Source: the human T2T-CHM13v2.0 reference genome, Homo sapiens
Direction: 5' to 3' (one strand)
Length of the DNA stretch: 64,000 bases
Assembly: GCF_009914755.1 (NCBI RefSeq)
Contig: NC_060931.1
Shown here: positions 28,683 through 42,277 of the stretch, one piece after another
Position numbering within the stretch: the stretch's first letter is position 1
How the letters are laid out: each line of letters starts with the position of its first letter
Made by a program: the position numbers and the translations under genes
The notes under the pieces: generated by a model
What the model saw: the letters and a program-made list of their open reading frames with translations, nothing else
The model's database searches: none
What the model was told of the DNA's origin: nothing

Positions 28683-29670
28683 TTTAACAGCTAATTGAGG
28701 TATAATTCACTGCTGCACGATTCACCTATTGAAAGTATACAATTCATTGGTTTTTAGTACATTCATAGAGTTTTGCACCCGTCACCACTACCTGGTTCCA
28801 GCACGTTTATGTCCTCCCTAAAACAAATCCCGTATACTTATCAGTCAGTTCCCACCCACCCCCAGCCTAAGTAACCACTAATATATTTTGTGTCTCTATA
28901 AATTTGCCTATCCTGAATATTTTATATAACTATAATCATATAGTATATGGTCTTCTGTGACCTTTTTTCACTTACCATAGTAATTTCAAGGTTAATTCCA
29001 GTTGTACCATGTATCAGTACTTCATTCCTTTTTGTGGCCAAATAATATTCTATTGTATGAATATACCGCATTTTATCCATTTATCAGTTGATGGATATTT
29101 GGATTGTTTCCACCTTTGGGTTGTTGCGCATAACACTGCTAAGGACATTTGTGTACAAGTTTTTGTGTGCACGTATGTTTTCATTTCTCTTGGGCATATA
29201 GCTAGGAATGGAATCACTGGCTCCATATGGTAACTATGTTTAATGTCTTGAGGAACTGCCAAACTGTTTTCCAAAGCGGCTGCACCATTTTACATTCCCA
29301 CTGGCACTGTTTGAGAGTTCCAATTTCTCTGCATCCTTACTGATACTTTTTATTGCTTTTGTTTTTGATTGTAACCATCCTAGTGGACCGAAATTCTAGC
29401 TCATTGTGATTTTGATTTGCATATCTCTGATGGCTAAAGATGTTAAGCATCTTTTTGTTTGCTTATTGGCCATTCATATATTTTCTTTGGAGCAATGGAT
29501 ATTTAAATCCTTTGTCCATTTTTAAGTTCAGTTGTCTTTTTATTATGAGTGTAAGATTTTAGATTTGTCTTTTATCAGATTAATGATTTACAAATATTTT
29601 CTCTCATTTTATGTATTGCCTTTTTACTTTCTTGATGATATCATTTGAAGCACAAACATTTTAAATTTTG
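28683..29670 (-). mobile_element. L1MB-type 3' fragment
   Basis: ORF2 C-terminus in ORF 29050-29274 (-) (ENSLAVPQ...KTYVHTKTCTQM...WKQSKYPSTDKWIK). Confidence 0.85.
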
Positions 29671-31994
29671 GTGTCAGAGCTGTGGGTTTTATTAAATAAT
29701 ATGACACCGTTGTGCTTCGGTAAGGCGGAAGAGAGCTTTCCTCTCGTTAAAATGGCTGGAGGTCTCAAAAAAGGTAGAGCTGCAAGTTCCTAGCTACTAT
29801 TACACCTCCTTTCCTTCCTCCCTGTGTAGCCTGTCCTGTGGCTATGATGGCCACACTATAGGAACAGGCCTGTTTTGGCTTTGAGCCTCCAGGAGTGGCA
29901 GAAACTGGAACTGTGTCAGCATTTTATTAAGAGATTGCTATTTCCAAGATGTTAATAGATACTGTGAATCTCATCTTACACCTCTATTCTCTACTGGTTT
30001 TTTTTTTCTCTAAATGTAGCGCTGTTCCTGGCTGCTGAGCAGCTCTTGTCCTTGACTGACAGGCAAGGTATGCAGTTGTGGCACTCATTGGCCCTGGAGA
30101 TAACCAGATAACAGCACCCCTAACAAGAGGAGCCACTTTTCTGTTAAAACTTTGCTGCTGGTTCACAATCCTGTATCTAGAACTTCATGCCATTGGGACA
30201 TTAGACACCAGTGTGCCTCAGGCATCTGAATGTCATGGATCAATATGGTTTCAAACCATATTTTGAATACCCCAATATTTACCTTAACATACATTAAGTT
30301 TTAATTTTCTCCGGTAAGGACATTTGGCAACATAACTGCCATTCATGGCAGAAAATAACTAAGATTTTCCTATCAAGAGAGTACAAAAGATATAATGTTA
30401 AATAAATTTACCTTTGTGAAGAGTCAATATATTATTCATACTTTGCTATCTACCACTCAAAAACATATTACAGTCTGTAGATTCATATTTGAGAACTACA
30501 GTCTTACATACCTAGGATAAATCTTTGTTGGAAAAGGAGAACCTTCACTTAATCAGGTATTTACTGATTAAGTTACTGATCTGTATGATGCCAGATACCA
30601 GTTTTATACCGATTATTTCCCTGCACCACATTAAGTGTTTCAGTTGGTATGTTTAGACACATGTTTCTGTATTTTGTATGTATCTTTGCTAATATTTGAG
30701 TAGTTCTTCAGTAACACAGATGAGAAAGAAGAATTATTTTAGATATATGTGAGTATAAATATGAATTTGACCTTTAAGGATTAAAAAGAATCATCAATCA
30801 AAAGGTAGAATGGCTTCTATTTATAAATACAATGTGTAACTTCTGGATTATATATGTATAGTCTAGGCTGGGAGTACTACATAAATTCTATTGATTTTGT
30901 CTCATCTGAATTACAATGTCAAATAGATACTAGGGTTTTACCATAAGATAGTTATGGGCTGTCTCATTGTCACATTAATTACAATAATTAGGCAGTAAAG
31001 AAGCCATAGGAATAGATAATATGTTGTATGTTTGGATGAGATTGTAGTTATAACCCCTTATTTATGGTAATAAAACCTTGTTAATTGACACTGCTGACAA
31101 GCTCTTTTGCTTTCCTTTTCAACTTTCCAAGTTGGTTTATCAGTCTATTTAGGAATTACAAGCTGAGAGCCACAAAATATACAATAAAGCTCACATTGCA
31201 AGATTTTCTGTACTTGTTCATGCTATACACATTAAATTCATTCAGCAGTATTTGCTAATTATTGTTCTAAGTGCTCTTAAGTATTCAGAGATGTATAAAG
31301 CAGTGCCTACTCTGAAAGATTAATAATGGAGAAGTGAGGTAAAGTATCTATATATAAAGAAATATGACTGACATTTATTGAGCAGCATATGTGAGGCTCA
31401 TGTGATAAGTTCCTTAAAAGCAGACAAAAGAGTATACAAGTTCAGAGGAAGAAAAGATGATTCCAGGCCTGTGTGATCATTGAAACTATAAGTCTCAGTG
31501 GTAGAGGAATTATTTTGCATCTATGCCATAAATCTTTGAGCTATCTATTCTAGAGCTGTAGTGAAAGGTAGGTGGCTAAATGTACTGACATGGAAATCAA
31601 CTTTTGTTCTAGGCTTAGCTGCACTGCAACCTTATTTTGTGTCCTTGAGTATATAAAATTGATGTAATAATATGTGTCCAGCATATCTCACTGTGATGAA
31701 TGAGATAATGTGGATGCCTGAGCTTCTCCCTGTGGTGAAAGTCAGATTGCTTGGCAGGTGTATGTTTTTTTTTTCAGGCAACTCAGGCTGTACATTTGGA
31801 TGGTAGTAAGCATAGCTTTCCATGACTAAATGGATTAATATCCTTATCAAAGTGCCTAATTTATTGCTAGGGAATAGCATATTCTGTGTAACATCTGAGC
31901 TGTTGTCTGAAAAAATTACATGAATTCCTTGGAGAAGCTGCCTGTATGAATACATAGTAGTAGTATTGTAATCCGTGAACTATGTTAAAACGGC

Positions 31995-32188
31995 AACATA
32001 TGTTTATTGAGATGCTATTGCTGGTTTAGGGGCTTTACAATTGCTTTTAAAATTCTTACATCATTTACATGTTATAGCAGAGGAAACTGAGGCTTAGATA
32101 AGTTTTTAAAAGTTGCTTAGATAATACAGTTGTTTGAATTCACATCTGCTGAAATCTAACGTTAATGCTGTTTACATTGTAGAATGCT
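31995..32188 (-). mobile_element. MIR just upstream of the second exon
   Basis: tttattgagatgct...gaggaaactgaggcttaga. Confidence 0.65.
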
Positions 32189-32280
32189 ACTTTAGTTTGA
32201 TGTTTTTCTTGCAGGTCACTGTAAGCCATTTATCTGCGTGTACGTATGTGTAAATGTTATTTATTTGTTTATGCCACTAG

Positions 32281-32455
32281 GTTGCTTCTAGAACTGCTGG
32301 AGTTACTGTTTGACAAGTTTAATGCTGTAGCCGCTGCACACTCTGTGGTCCTGGGATACCTGCAGGACACTGTAGTGACTCCACTGACTCAGCAGGAAGA
32401 TATCAAACTGTATGATATGGCAGATGTATGGGTGAAGATCCAAGATGTTCTACAG
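32281..32455 (+). CDS. EXOC4: EXOC4 (Sec8) internal coding exon, 175 nt (probably exon 7)
   Basis: Acceptor atgccactag|G at 32280/32281; donor CAG|gtaaga at 32455/32456. AG+G completes Arg, followed by [58 protein letters not shown], continuing the EXOC4 sequence in frame. Confidence 0.96.
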
Positions 32456-32646
32456 GTAAGAGCCTTTTACAAAGGGTGTCATCTTGATTCAGAGTAACAG
32501 TTTAGAATAACAACAACAACAGCAACAACAAGCCACCTAAAACACTATCTTAAGAGTCATAAACAGGGTGAGAAAGTAATGCTTGCATTTGAATGTGATG
32601 TTGCTGATGGCATTAACTTCTACTATCTTCAAAAAACTTTTTAACA

Positions 32647-32936
32647 GGCTGTGTGCAGTGGCTCATTCCTGTAATCCCAGTACTTTGGGAGGCCAAGGCG
32701 GGTGGATCACCTGAGGTCAGGAGTCTGAGACCAGTCTGGCCAACATGGTGAAACCTTGTCTCTACTAAAAATACAAAAATTAGCTGGGCGTGGTGGCGGG
32801 CGCCTGTAATCTCAGTTACCTGGGAGGCTGAGGCAGGAGAGTTGCTTGAACTCGGGAGGCAGAGTTTGCAGTGAGCCATTGTACCACTGCACTCCAGCCT
32901 GGGTAACAGAGTGAGACTCCGTCTAAACAAAAAAAA
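32647..32936 (+). mobile_element. AluSx
   Basis: ggatcacctgaggtcagg; flanked by an aaaaaac(t/c)ttttaaca TSD. Confidence 0.93.
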
Positions 32937-34526
32937 CCTTTTAACAGACTTCTTTTTTTTTTGGCAGACTTTAAAAATAGAAGCATATTCTCAATATGTA
33001 TAGTGTCTGGCTTTCTGTCGTAGTATACTTTACTTGACTGGAATTAGTCATATATTAAGGTAAAAAACATTAAAATATTCTTAAGCATTATTTTATAAAC
33101 ATGTACATAGCTTAATTTTGTTGACTATTTCCTTACAGTCAACTTTTGCATATATTGGGTTATATGACAGAACAAGAGCTTATTTTGAGAGATGAGAATA
33201 GATCTGTGAGGTATAAATGTATCACTTTGCTTGATTTGTTGAAGATTAGAGGAATAATATTATTCTTTGGTATGATGCTGCTGAAATGATATTTAGAAAT
33301 TGTATTATACTTTTTCTCCATATGTGAGCAAAATATATTTGATTTAGCCAGATGGAAATTAGAAATATAATTAAGAGTTAGCTGAAGCAAGCTTTGACAT
33401 AACTAAATAGAAGTAACTTAGTTAGATAGTTTCTGCTAATATGAAAAAAATTAAGTATATGTGGGGAATTGGAAAATGGAACTGTGTAGGAATGAAATTA
33501 CTTGCATGGCAAATAAGAGTCTTTGCAGAAAAAAGTAAATCATGAATGTAAATTATAGTCATTTTTTAGAATGTAGACATGCTCTTGGTGGATTGAATGG
33601 ATTGATTCCTGGTTTTTCATTCATTAGACAACTTTTGGTACAGTGTATATGCTTTACTGGTGGTTCAGTAGAAATAATATTGGTTGAAACTTTTTACTGC
33701 TTTGTCAATTGCCATGCCTGTAGTACATGCTTGGTGAATATTTTTGTATTGAATAAAATATCTTTATGGGTTGGAGGCTGGTTATTTAACATTTTGCATG
33801 TTGATATGTTTATCCGTCTTATGTAAATAATGTGTGCCTTTCGTATCCATGTTTAAGTATGAAATAATAGATTCTAAAGCTAGATAAAAAATAATTAGAA
33901 ATAGGGACTTCTGTTTCTCATCTTGATGAAGTTACCCTTTGCTGTAAGCAACTTAGGTAGTCAGCACAGTCAACTGAGAAAAAAGAACACACTAGGTGAG
34001 CTTTACCTTCATCCCTGCATCTTCCTCGTGAATACTTTCCAAACTATTAGCCCTTTGGTCAGATATGAAGCTGTGTACACCACAAGGCTTGGCAGGAAAC
34101 AACTACTGTGGGACTGTGAGCTGAATGAAGATTTCAGAAGTTGGAAACTTCTCAGCAGTGTTGGAGCTCAGACCAGCCAGTGTGGGGAAAGCTTGCTGAA
34201 CATACTGTGCTTTCAGCTGTGACCTCAGAAAGGTCACACCTTATGAGTAGGGCTATTCTAGGAGTAGAAGACAGGCTACTATAGATCTCATACAGCAAAG
34301 CCCCAAACCAAGCCTCTATTTTATCATCTTGATCCACCTGTAAATTTATTGTCTGATAGAACAAAACTCTCTCTAAAGTAAGACAACATAATTCAGTTTC
34401 TCAATAACAAAGCACCTGCAATGTCTAGCATAGAATTATTATGCTTGTTAAAAAGCAGGAAAATGTGACTCTTAACCAGAATGAAAAAGTTGATAGAAAT
34501 AAATATCTAAAATGAAAAATCCACCA

Positions 34527-34830
34527 GGGAGTGGTGGCTCACGCCTGTAATCTCAGCACTTTGGGAGGCTGAGGTAGGTGGATCATTTGAGGGCAGGAGT
34601 TCAAGACCAGCCTGACCAAAATGGTGAAACCCTGTCTCTACTAAAAATACAAAAAAATTAGCTGGGCGTGGTGGCAGGCACCTGTAATCCCAGCTACTCA
34701 GGAAGCTGAGGCAGCAGAATTGCTTGAACCTAGGAGGTGGAGGTTGCAGTGAGCCAAGATTGTGCCTCTGCACTGCAGCCTGGGTGACAGTGTGAGACTC
34801 AATCTCAAATAAATAAATAAATAAATAAAT
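34527..34830 (+). mobile_element. AluSz/Sx with (TAAA)n tail
   Basis: TSD aaaatgaaaaat(c/t)caccag on both sides. Confidence 0.92.
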
Positions 34831-35481
34831 AAAATGAAAAATTCACCAGATGGATTTAGCTGCAGATAACATACTGTGGAAGAAAGGATCAGTGAATTTG
34901 AGGATAGATCAATGTAAACCATCCAAATCAAAGCACAGAGAAAAAATAGACAAAAGGAAAATGAACAAAGCTATAATATCTTCAAGGATATTATGCAGCT
35001 TAACAATTATGTGGTTTACAGGTACAGAAGGAGAGAGGACAGAGAGATTGGGGTAGAAAAATATCAGGAGAAATGGTGACCAAAAAGTTTTGAAATTTGT
35101 TGAGAAACATAAACCCACAGATGCAAGAAACGTAACAAATCCCAAGCAAGATAAACACAAAGAAAATCAACACATACGCACATTATGAAAACCAAAGAAA
35201 AAATTCTTAAAAATAGCCAGAGGAAGAAAGACACATTGCCTACAAGCAAACAGTGATAAAAATTATCAGTGACATCTCATCAGAAACAATGCAAGCCAGA
35301 AATCAATGTATGTCAATCTAAGAATGCTGAAAAGAAACAAAAATTGTCAATCTAGAATTTTGTATTACCGAAAATATTCTTTAAAATGAAGCTGAAATAG
35401 AGACATTTTCAAATGAACTAAAACTTAAAGAATTTGTCACCACTAGACTTTCACTTAAAGAAATGTTATAGAAAGTTTTTC

Positions 35482-35779
35482 AGCCATGCGCGATGGCTCA
35501 TGCCTGTAATGCCAGCACTTTGGGAACCCGAGGCGGGTGGATCACGAGGTCAGGAGTTCAAGACCAGCCTGGCCAAGATGGTGAAACCCTGTCTCTATGA
35601 AAAATACAAAAGAATTAACTGGGTGTGGTGTCTGGCGCCTGTAATCCCAGCTACTCCGGAAGCTGAGGCAGAGAATTGCTTGAACTGGGGAGGTGGAGGT
35701 TGTAGTGAGCTGCGATCGCGCCACTGCACTCCAGCCTGGGCGGCAGAGTGAGACTCCATCTCAAAAAAAAAAAAAAAAA
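35482..35779 (+). mobile_element. AluSg-type
   Basis: ggatcacgaggtcagg (2-bp deletion), ggccaagatgg; TSD agtttttca. Confidence 0.9.
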
Positions 35780-37457
35780 GAGTTTTTCAGGCTGAAGGAA
35801 AATAATACCAGATGGTAACTTAGATCTACAGAAAAAAGTAAATAGGGCCAGAAATGGTGAATATGTGGACAAAAAAAAAAAATGCTTTTCCCCCCCACAT
35901 TTCTTGATTTATTTTTATTAAAAGAATTTTTAAAATTTCTAAGTCAAAAACAATCATAGTGTATGTGGGTTTTATAATATATTTTGGAAGGCAATATATG
36001 ACAATAATTAGACAAAAGATGGGAGTAGGGTAAATGATACTATGCTGTTGTGAATTTCTTATATAATTCATGAAGAGGTATAATGTTTAGGGTAGCCTAT
36101 GATAAGTTAAGGATGCATATTTCAATCCCTAGAGCAAACATTAAAATTCTAAGATAGATACGTAGCTGAGAAGCCAGTTGAGGGGATAAAATTGAACAGT
36201 GAATAAATATTTGATTAATCCAGAAGAAAGGAAAGGAGGAAAAAGAACAAGGAAGAAAGAAACAATAAAAAACAAAGATAGGATGAATAGAACCCAAAAG
36301 CAAGATGATAGACTTAGCACCAACCATATCAATAATTACATTAGACATAAATCGACCAGATACTCCAGTTGAAAGACAGAGATCATACTGGATTTAAAAA
36401 AAACCAAGACCCAACCATGCTGTTTCAAGAGATGCATTTTATGATATTTTATTACTTTAAAAATTTTTAAATAATTTTAAAATTGTAGAAAAGTTGTGAG
36501 AATAAGAATAGTACAAAGAGCCATATACCTCTTTATTTGGATTCAGCTGTTCTTAACGTTTTACCACTTTTTTCCTGTTTTCTCTCTGTATATATGGACA
36601 CACACATGCATTTTTCTTTGAAAAATGGGCAGCAAGTTATCTACTCTGCTGTCTATATTCTTGTTTTGTTAACTGACCCAGTAATGTTCTATATAGCAGT
36701 ATTTTTGCCCCTCCAGTAGAGAAACCAGTTTAGAATCAGGTGTTTCATTTAGTTGTCTTTAAACTTGAACATTTATAGTCTTTTTTTTCTCTTTTCTGAT
36801 AGTGGCACTTTTGAAAAATATGTATCTCTCCCCTTTTAATACAAGTTTGTCATTTTGGGTTTAAAAGATACACTTTAAACATAAAATTAAACGTATGAGA
36901 ATGGAAAGAGATAACCATGAAATACTAATAAAAATAGCTAGTATTACACAAATACATCAGACATTTTTAGAATATATAAATGTAATTATTTGTATTATAC
37001 TACTATGACATTTAGAACTTGAATACATCAAGGCCTAGATAGTATGTTATGGACTATGTAATTTTACTTATGGCAAGGTCATAAAATACTTTGTGAATAA
37101 GTTTTTATGACCCCCCCCCATCTTTGGCTTTTACTTATGTTCTGAACTGAAAACAATTATTAAATCTGTTAGGATCCTATTTAGAATACTACCATGAGGA
37201 ATTAGTTATGATAATAAACAAAGTAAGATATCATGTCTTCCCTAACTCTGCTTACTTTGTAATTGTCAGATGTATGTAATTCCTGTACGGCTGAAAACGA
37301 AACCCATTATTTCATAATAAAGATGATTGTAATGAACTAAGCAACTTTAAATTCCATCAGTTATTAACAGGTGAAATTTACAGATTAAAAATAGGTTTTT
37401 CTGGCATATTAAATGAGTTATACGTTTCATACATGTAGTTTCAAATGAGTGATTTGG

Positions 37458-37739
37458 CCACATGTTCTCACTCATAGGTGGGAATTGAACAATGAGAACA
37501 CTTGTTCACAGGAAGGGGAACATCACACACCAGAGCCTGTTGTGGGGTGGGGGGATGGGGGAGGGATAGCATTAGGAGATATACCCAATGTAAATGACGA
37601 GTTAATGGGTGCAGCACACCAACATGTCACATGTATACATATGTAACAAACCTGCACGTTGTGCACATGTACCCTAGAACTTAAAGTATAATAAAAATAA
37701 AATAAAATAAAATAAAATAAAATAAAATAAAATAAAATA
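37458..37739 (+). mobile_element. 5'-truncated L1PA (about L1PA4-6) 3' end with (TAAAA)n tail and 15-bp TSD
   Basis: catgttctcactcataggtgggaattgaacaatgag...gtaccctagaacttaaagtataata; TSD aaatgagtgatttgg at 37443-37457 and 37740-37754. Confidence 0.95.
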
Positions 37740-37785
37740 AAATGAGTGATTTGGGGATTCTGTCTTTAAGTTACGGAATGAGTTG

Positions 37786-38020
37786 TTTAAACAGCTTTAT
37801 TGAAATATAATTTACATGCTATAAAGTTTACCTATTTAAAGTATAGATTTCAGTGGTTTTTTAATTATATTTATGGAGTTGTACAACCATCACAATCATA
37901 TCATTTTAGAACATTTTCATCTATGCCAAAAGAAACCTTGTATCTATTAGCAGTCACTCCTCATATCCCACTCCCTTTACCTCTAGGCCTAGCCTGTTAG
38001 GTACTGATCTACTTTTTGGA
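37786..38020 (-). mobile_element. L1MB-type 3'UTR fragment
   Basis: aacagctttattgaaatataatttacatgc...gttgtacaaccatcac. Confidence 0.75.
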
Positions 38021-39311
38021 AATGACTTATTTTTATCATAGATCTATGATCTTTATTTTTTTATTTTTCTAAAATATGGGTCCTTGGAAATTTTATAGTT
38101 TAAGAGAAAGTAGACAAGATGAATTTAAGACACTAAAAGAGGTATCAATTATGTGTTATATCTCTCAGAAACTTGTAGTCTCCACATTAATTATACACTT
38201 GGCAGTGCTGTTGCTGTTCCACGTTAATGCATACATGTACCAATGGCATAAGCTATTTGACAGAGAAAGAACATAGAACTGAAACCGTTCTAATGAAAGG
38301 TGAGAGGTCTGACATAGAAATAACATTTTATTTCATGTATTTTGTTTAATTGCTCTGAGGCCAAGATATGGCAGTGTTCTTTGCATTTTTGCTTGCTTTC
38401 TCTTTCCGCACTTTTCTTCGCCTCTTAACTATCTACCTTTCTGCCCTTATCTTTTTTCTTAAGCATGTTGTGGAAGAATGGCCTTAGTCATGAGTTGAGT
38501 TAATCTGTTGATTGTTTCTTAACTATGTATTCTACTCATCTTTATTATTGCCCTATAAATTTGAGCATAGAGCATTTTTGAATAAGAGGTTCATATAAAT
38601 ATTTTAATTTGTAATTGCTATGCAATAAAAATTGTTATATAACTTTTAAATTATTTTTAGATTTCCATGTTTTCTAGTTCTCTCAGAATTCTTTCAGGTT
38701 ATACAGTACTGAGTAATATTAAGCTATATACCCATCAATAACCTAGATGGCTAATGGCACAGACACACAGACAGACTAATGTTGCTGAATGTAAGAAGAG
38801 TAGTAGATGTAATATGTAATGTTATTATTCTGAGACATGTTGAATGGCCCAAGAAAGGTTTTGGAGATTGATGATGAGTTGATCCTTGGAGGATTTGTAG
38901 AGGTAGAGGAGATGGGAAATGGCACTCCAGGCAGATGGAAAGGCTCATGAGATAGTATTTGCAAGTGGCAAAAAAGGAATGAATAGACAAGGATATTCAG
39001 GGATAGGTAAGAAGAAGAGTTTAGCATAAATGAAGGTTTATTTTGTGGATCTGATGAAAAGCTTGGATAGGTAGATTTGGGTGCAGGTTGTGAAAACCTG
39101 TTAGGGTTATCTAAGTGGTTTGTGATTTATCTTTACAGTAATAGTTTCTGAACCTGGTTACACATTTGACTTATCTAGGGATTGATTCTTAGCTCCATCT
39201 TACACCTTATGACAGTCACTGTGGATAAGGACTACATTCTGTTTTTCAGCTCCTAAGGTGATTCTGATATATTTGTTTAGGATCTTGTATTTGGAAGTCT
39301 TTGTGTTGGGT

Positions 39312-39475
39312 AAGTGGTTCTCAATGTATACCTCTTGGACCATCATCAGCATTATGTGGGAACATATTAAAAAATGCAGATTTGTATCCCCACCTTTGAT
39401 TGACTGAAACAAGAACTCTGGGGGCGGGACCTTCAGGTGATTCTTATGCACACTGAAGTTTGAGGACCTTTGCTG
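39312..39475. mobile_element. MER5A (within a degraded L2)
   Basis: agtggttctcaa...aaatgcaga...ggtgattcttatgcacactgaagtttgaggacc. Confidence 0.75.
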
Positions 39476-42277
39476 TAGGTAATATGGGAACTTTGGAGAT
39501 TTATATTGGAGTGTGATGAGATGAAGGAAGATTAATGTGGTAGCAATGAAAAGGACTGAGTAGAGAGGGTAGAGACTAAGACAGGCAAACTATTTTGTAG
39601 GCTAGTGGAGAGTCTATGCATATATTACTTGAGGTATTGTTTAGTAGTGAAGTAAACAAGACAGGCTTTGGTGTATGCTAAAGGAATACAAAGAAGGGAG
39701 AAGAAGATTTCTAAACCTTTTCAGAGTCTTTTAGAAAATCTGTAAGATGATATGGTCCATCTGCCAGCCTAGTTTCCAGTATGACAGATATTTTAATGAT
39801 GGTTTAGTGTTAAATTATTGGGACCAACTATGTACTGAGTACTGGGGAATAGAAAAAAATACATGAACACCAGAGACCCCTGGCTGGGAAATATTTAATG
39901 TTCATTTATATGGAGGGTTTAGGATGAAGATTTTTGGTTAAGTTTCTATGTACAGTTTTACACATGGGGCTGATTTAGTTTTCATGTACTTGTTGGAGGA
40001 GTGTTCTTTAGGTTAGAAATCATTCCTGGAGAACAAAATAATTCAACAGAATACTAGAAGCCTTTAGTTAAATATGTAACAGCATGAATGAAGATGATGG
40101 GATATTATGATGAATAGAGTTATAAGTGTTTAGAGTTCAAATTTCTGTATTTCTTTGAATGGAAAACATTTCCTGCTGAAAAGTTGAAATGTTCCTTGTA
40201 TATTAAATTCTTTGTATAGTAAATTAATTCTTGGAAGAGAGAATACTTTTTGATCTTTTAATGACTTCAGCAGTTTTTTTCCACTGCAACTTGGGCTTTC
40301 CCTGGCAGCCAGAACCCATCCTTTAGTTGGAAGGCTCATTTGTCTCAGCGTGTTTTTGTCTGGAGACAGACAGTGAGGAGACAAGGCTATAGCTATCATA
40401 GTAACGGGGTGTTATAGTTTTTCCCTGGTGTCAGCCCTGTGACCACACACCATTGCACTCCTTTTTCAGTTTTCACTCTTTTTGAAACTGTGATAATAGA
40501 AATACATGTTTTTGCCCTTTTGAGCAGCGGCAGTACCTTCCAAAATGACACCTACTTGGTGACAAGTGTGTCATATTGTTGGCTGTGTGTTTTCAAGTGT
40601 ATAAAAGACTGAGGTACACTAGAAATACAAAATATTCAATCTTGTTGAATTCTGCATAGCAAAGGAAGAGGATCACTTTGAACAAACCCATCCTCCAGAC
40701 GTTATGATTCTGTAAAAAATCTAAATTTTTTTCACATCTCATTTCAAAACACAACTGTCGATTTAGCCATTGTTGACTTAAATGTGTAACTCCTTGGCAT
40801 GCTAAGCAGTGTCTACAGATGGGGACAGTGGGTTCTGATTATACTGTTTACCACTAGCAGTGACACCTAGAACAAGTCACTTTACTTTTTTTAGTGCCTT
40901 GATTTCTTTTTTCTGGAGATTAATGGAGACAGAATGTAAAATCGTTTTACTTTTGTTAACTGCCATATAAATGTTTAGTGATAAAATTAACCTCTTGCAG
41001 AGAGAGCTTGAAGTTTGCTGTCAGGTAAGAGAATCCACAAAATTATTAGTACTGATCCTTGACCTGGAGGGGATTTTCAAGGAGACAGATGTAATTTCTA
41101 TTTTGAATTCAGGTCTGAAACTAGGTTATTCTTAGGTTCTGTCGACTTTGATATTTTGGTTACCTGAGGATTCTATACCTTAAAGTAAAACAAACCTATT
41201 TTAGTATTTCAGGCCAGAAAACGTATGAGAGTATTCTCGCAGAAATAGTTTTTCGTCATTTCTCAGCCTATAAAACTTTTTGATAACCTCTATTTTGCGT
41301 GGCATCGTGAAGTCATGTTGTTGGCCAGGCCATTGAATCTCCACAAAAGTGCTTGCTCCTAGAATGTTTCTTCTGTCTCGTCAGTGGATAATATGCTGCC
41401 AAATGAACAGAATATAATTAACATTTACAAGTTAAATTAAAAATCTTCTAAATTCGAGTTTGTTTCTGTAGCACCAGGACTCTCCCTGTGTTGTTTTATG
41501 TTCACTACTAATTCTTCAAGCAGGAACTGATGAGCAGCCAGGGAGATTCCTCTGGCTTCTAGTACAGACGTAGCAAATGCCCAAATCAGAGTGCTAGGGT
41601 GTCTAATGCATAGTGAAGTGTGATGTCAATGTCATGGACATCTGAATACATTGCGGCAAACTTTAGAAAATAGTAGCTTGGCAGGGGATACCCCAGAATA
41701 GGTTGATCTGGTAGGAAGGCTGTTCTCCTTAAATTTTCACATACCTAGGATGGGCCTGCTCGGGCCTCATTACGTCTTGGCCTAGAGAACACAGGTGTAG
41801 AAATGGCAGGTCTTCCTTCTCCCTCACTGCCTCCAAAGCTTATCTCTGTCTGGTTTTGTCTGATATTTTAGAGGGTGAACTGTTAAAAGCCAAGTGTCCG
41901 TCAGACTCATGCTGCTACCGCTCCTTTAAGTGTGCTCATCAAGATTTGGTGCACCTGGGCCAAGGCAAGAATGTTGCTAGGAACCAAGAGGCCATAATAA
42001 GTTGTGGTGATTAATAGCATGAAGTGAAATAGTGTGATGTAGAAAGTGTCATTCTGTGATTTGAGTGAAATTAAAGCTACTGGCATGACCTTCACTGACA
42101 TATTGCTCTTGCCTACTTGAGAAGGTTTTAGAGCAAAGGTAATTACATTTTCCTGAATTGGTCTTTTTTTTTTTTTTAAGCGTATTTAAAAAAAAAAAAA
42201 CGTTTTCTGATTGTGGAAGCAATGAGTATGTCTGAATCCTTGAGTATAGCGATAGTTCTTCTGATTTTTTTTTTTTT

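Larger units (their letters stand above)
34270..36445 (+). mobile_element. Old L1 (L1ME/L1MD-like) ORF1 and inter-ORF fragment, sense, interrupted by two Alus
   Basis: A-rich ORF1-like text (gaaaggatcagtgaatttgaggataga..., gacatctcatcagaaacaatgcaagccagaa, ctagaattttgtatt). Confidence 0.75.

Noticed and set aside
32246-32497. ORF extensions [11 protein letters not shown] and [13 protein letters not shown]
   Set aside because: Intronic sequence outside the splice sites.
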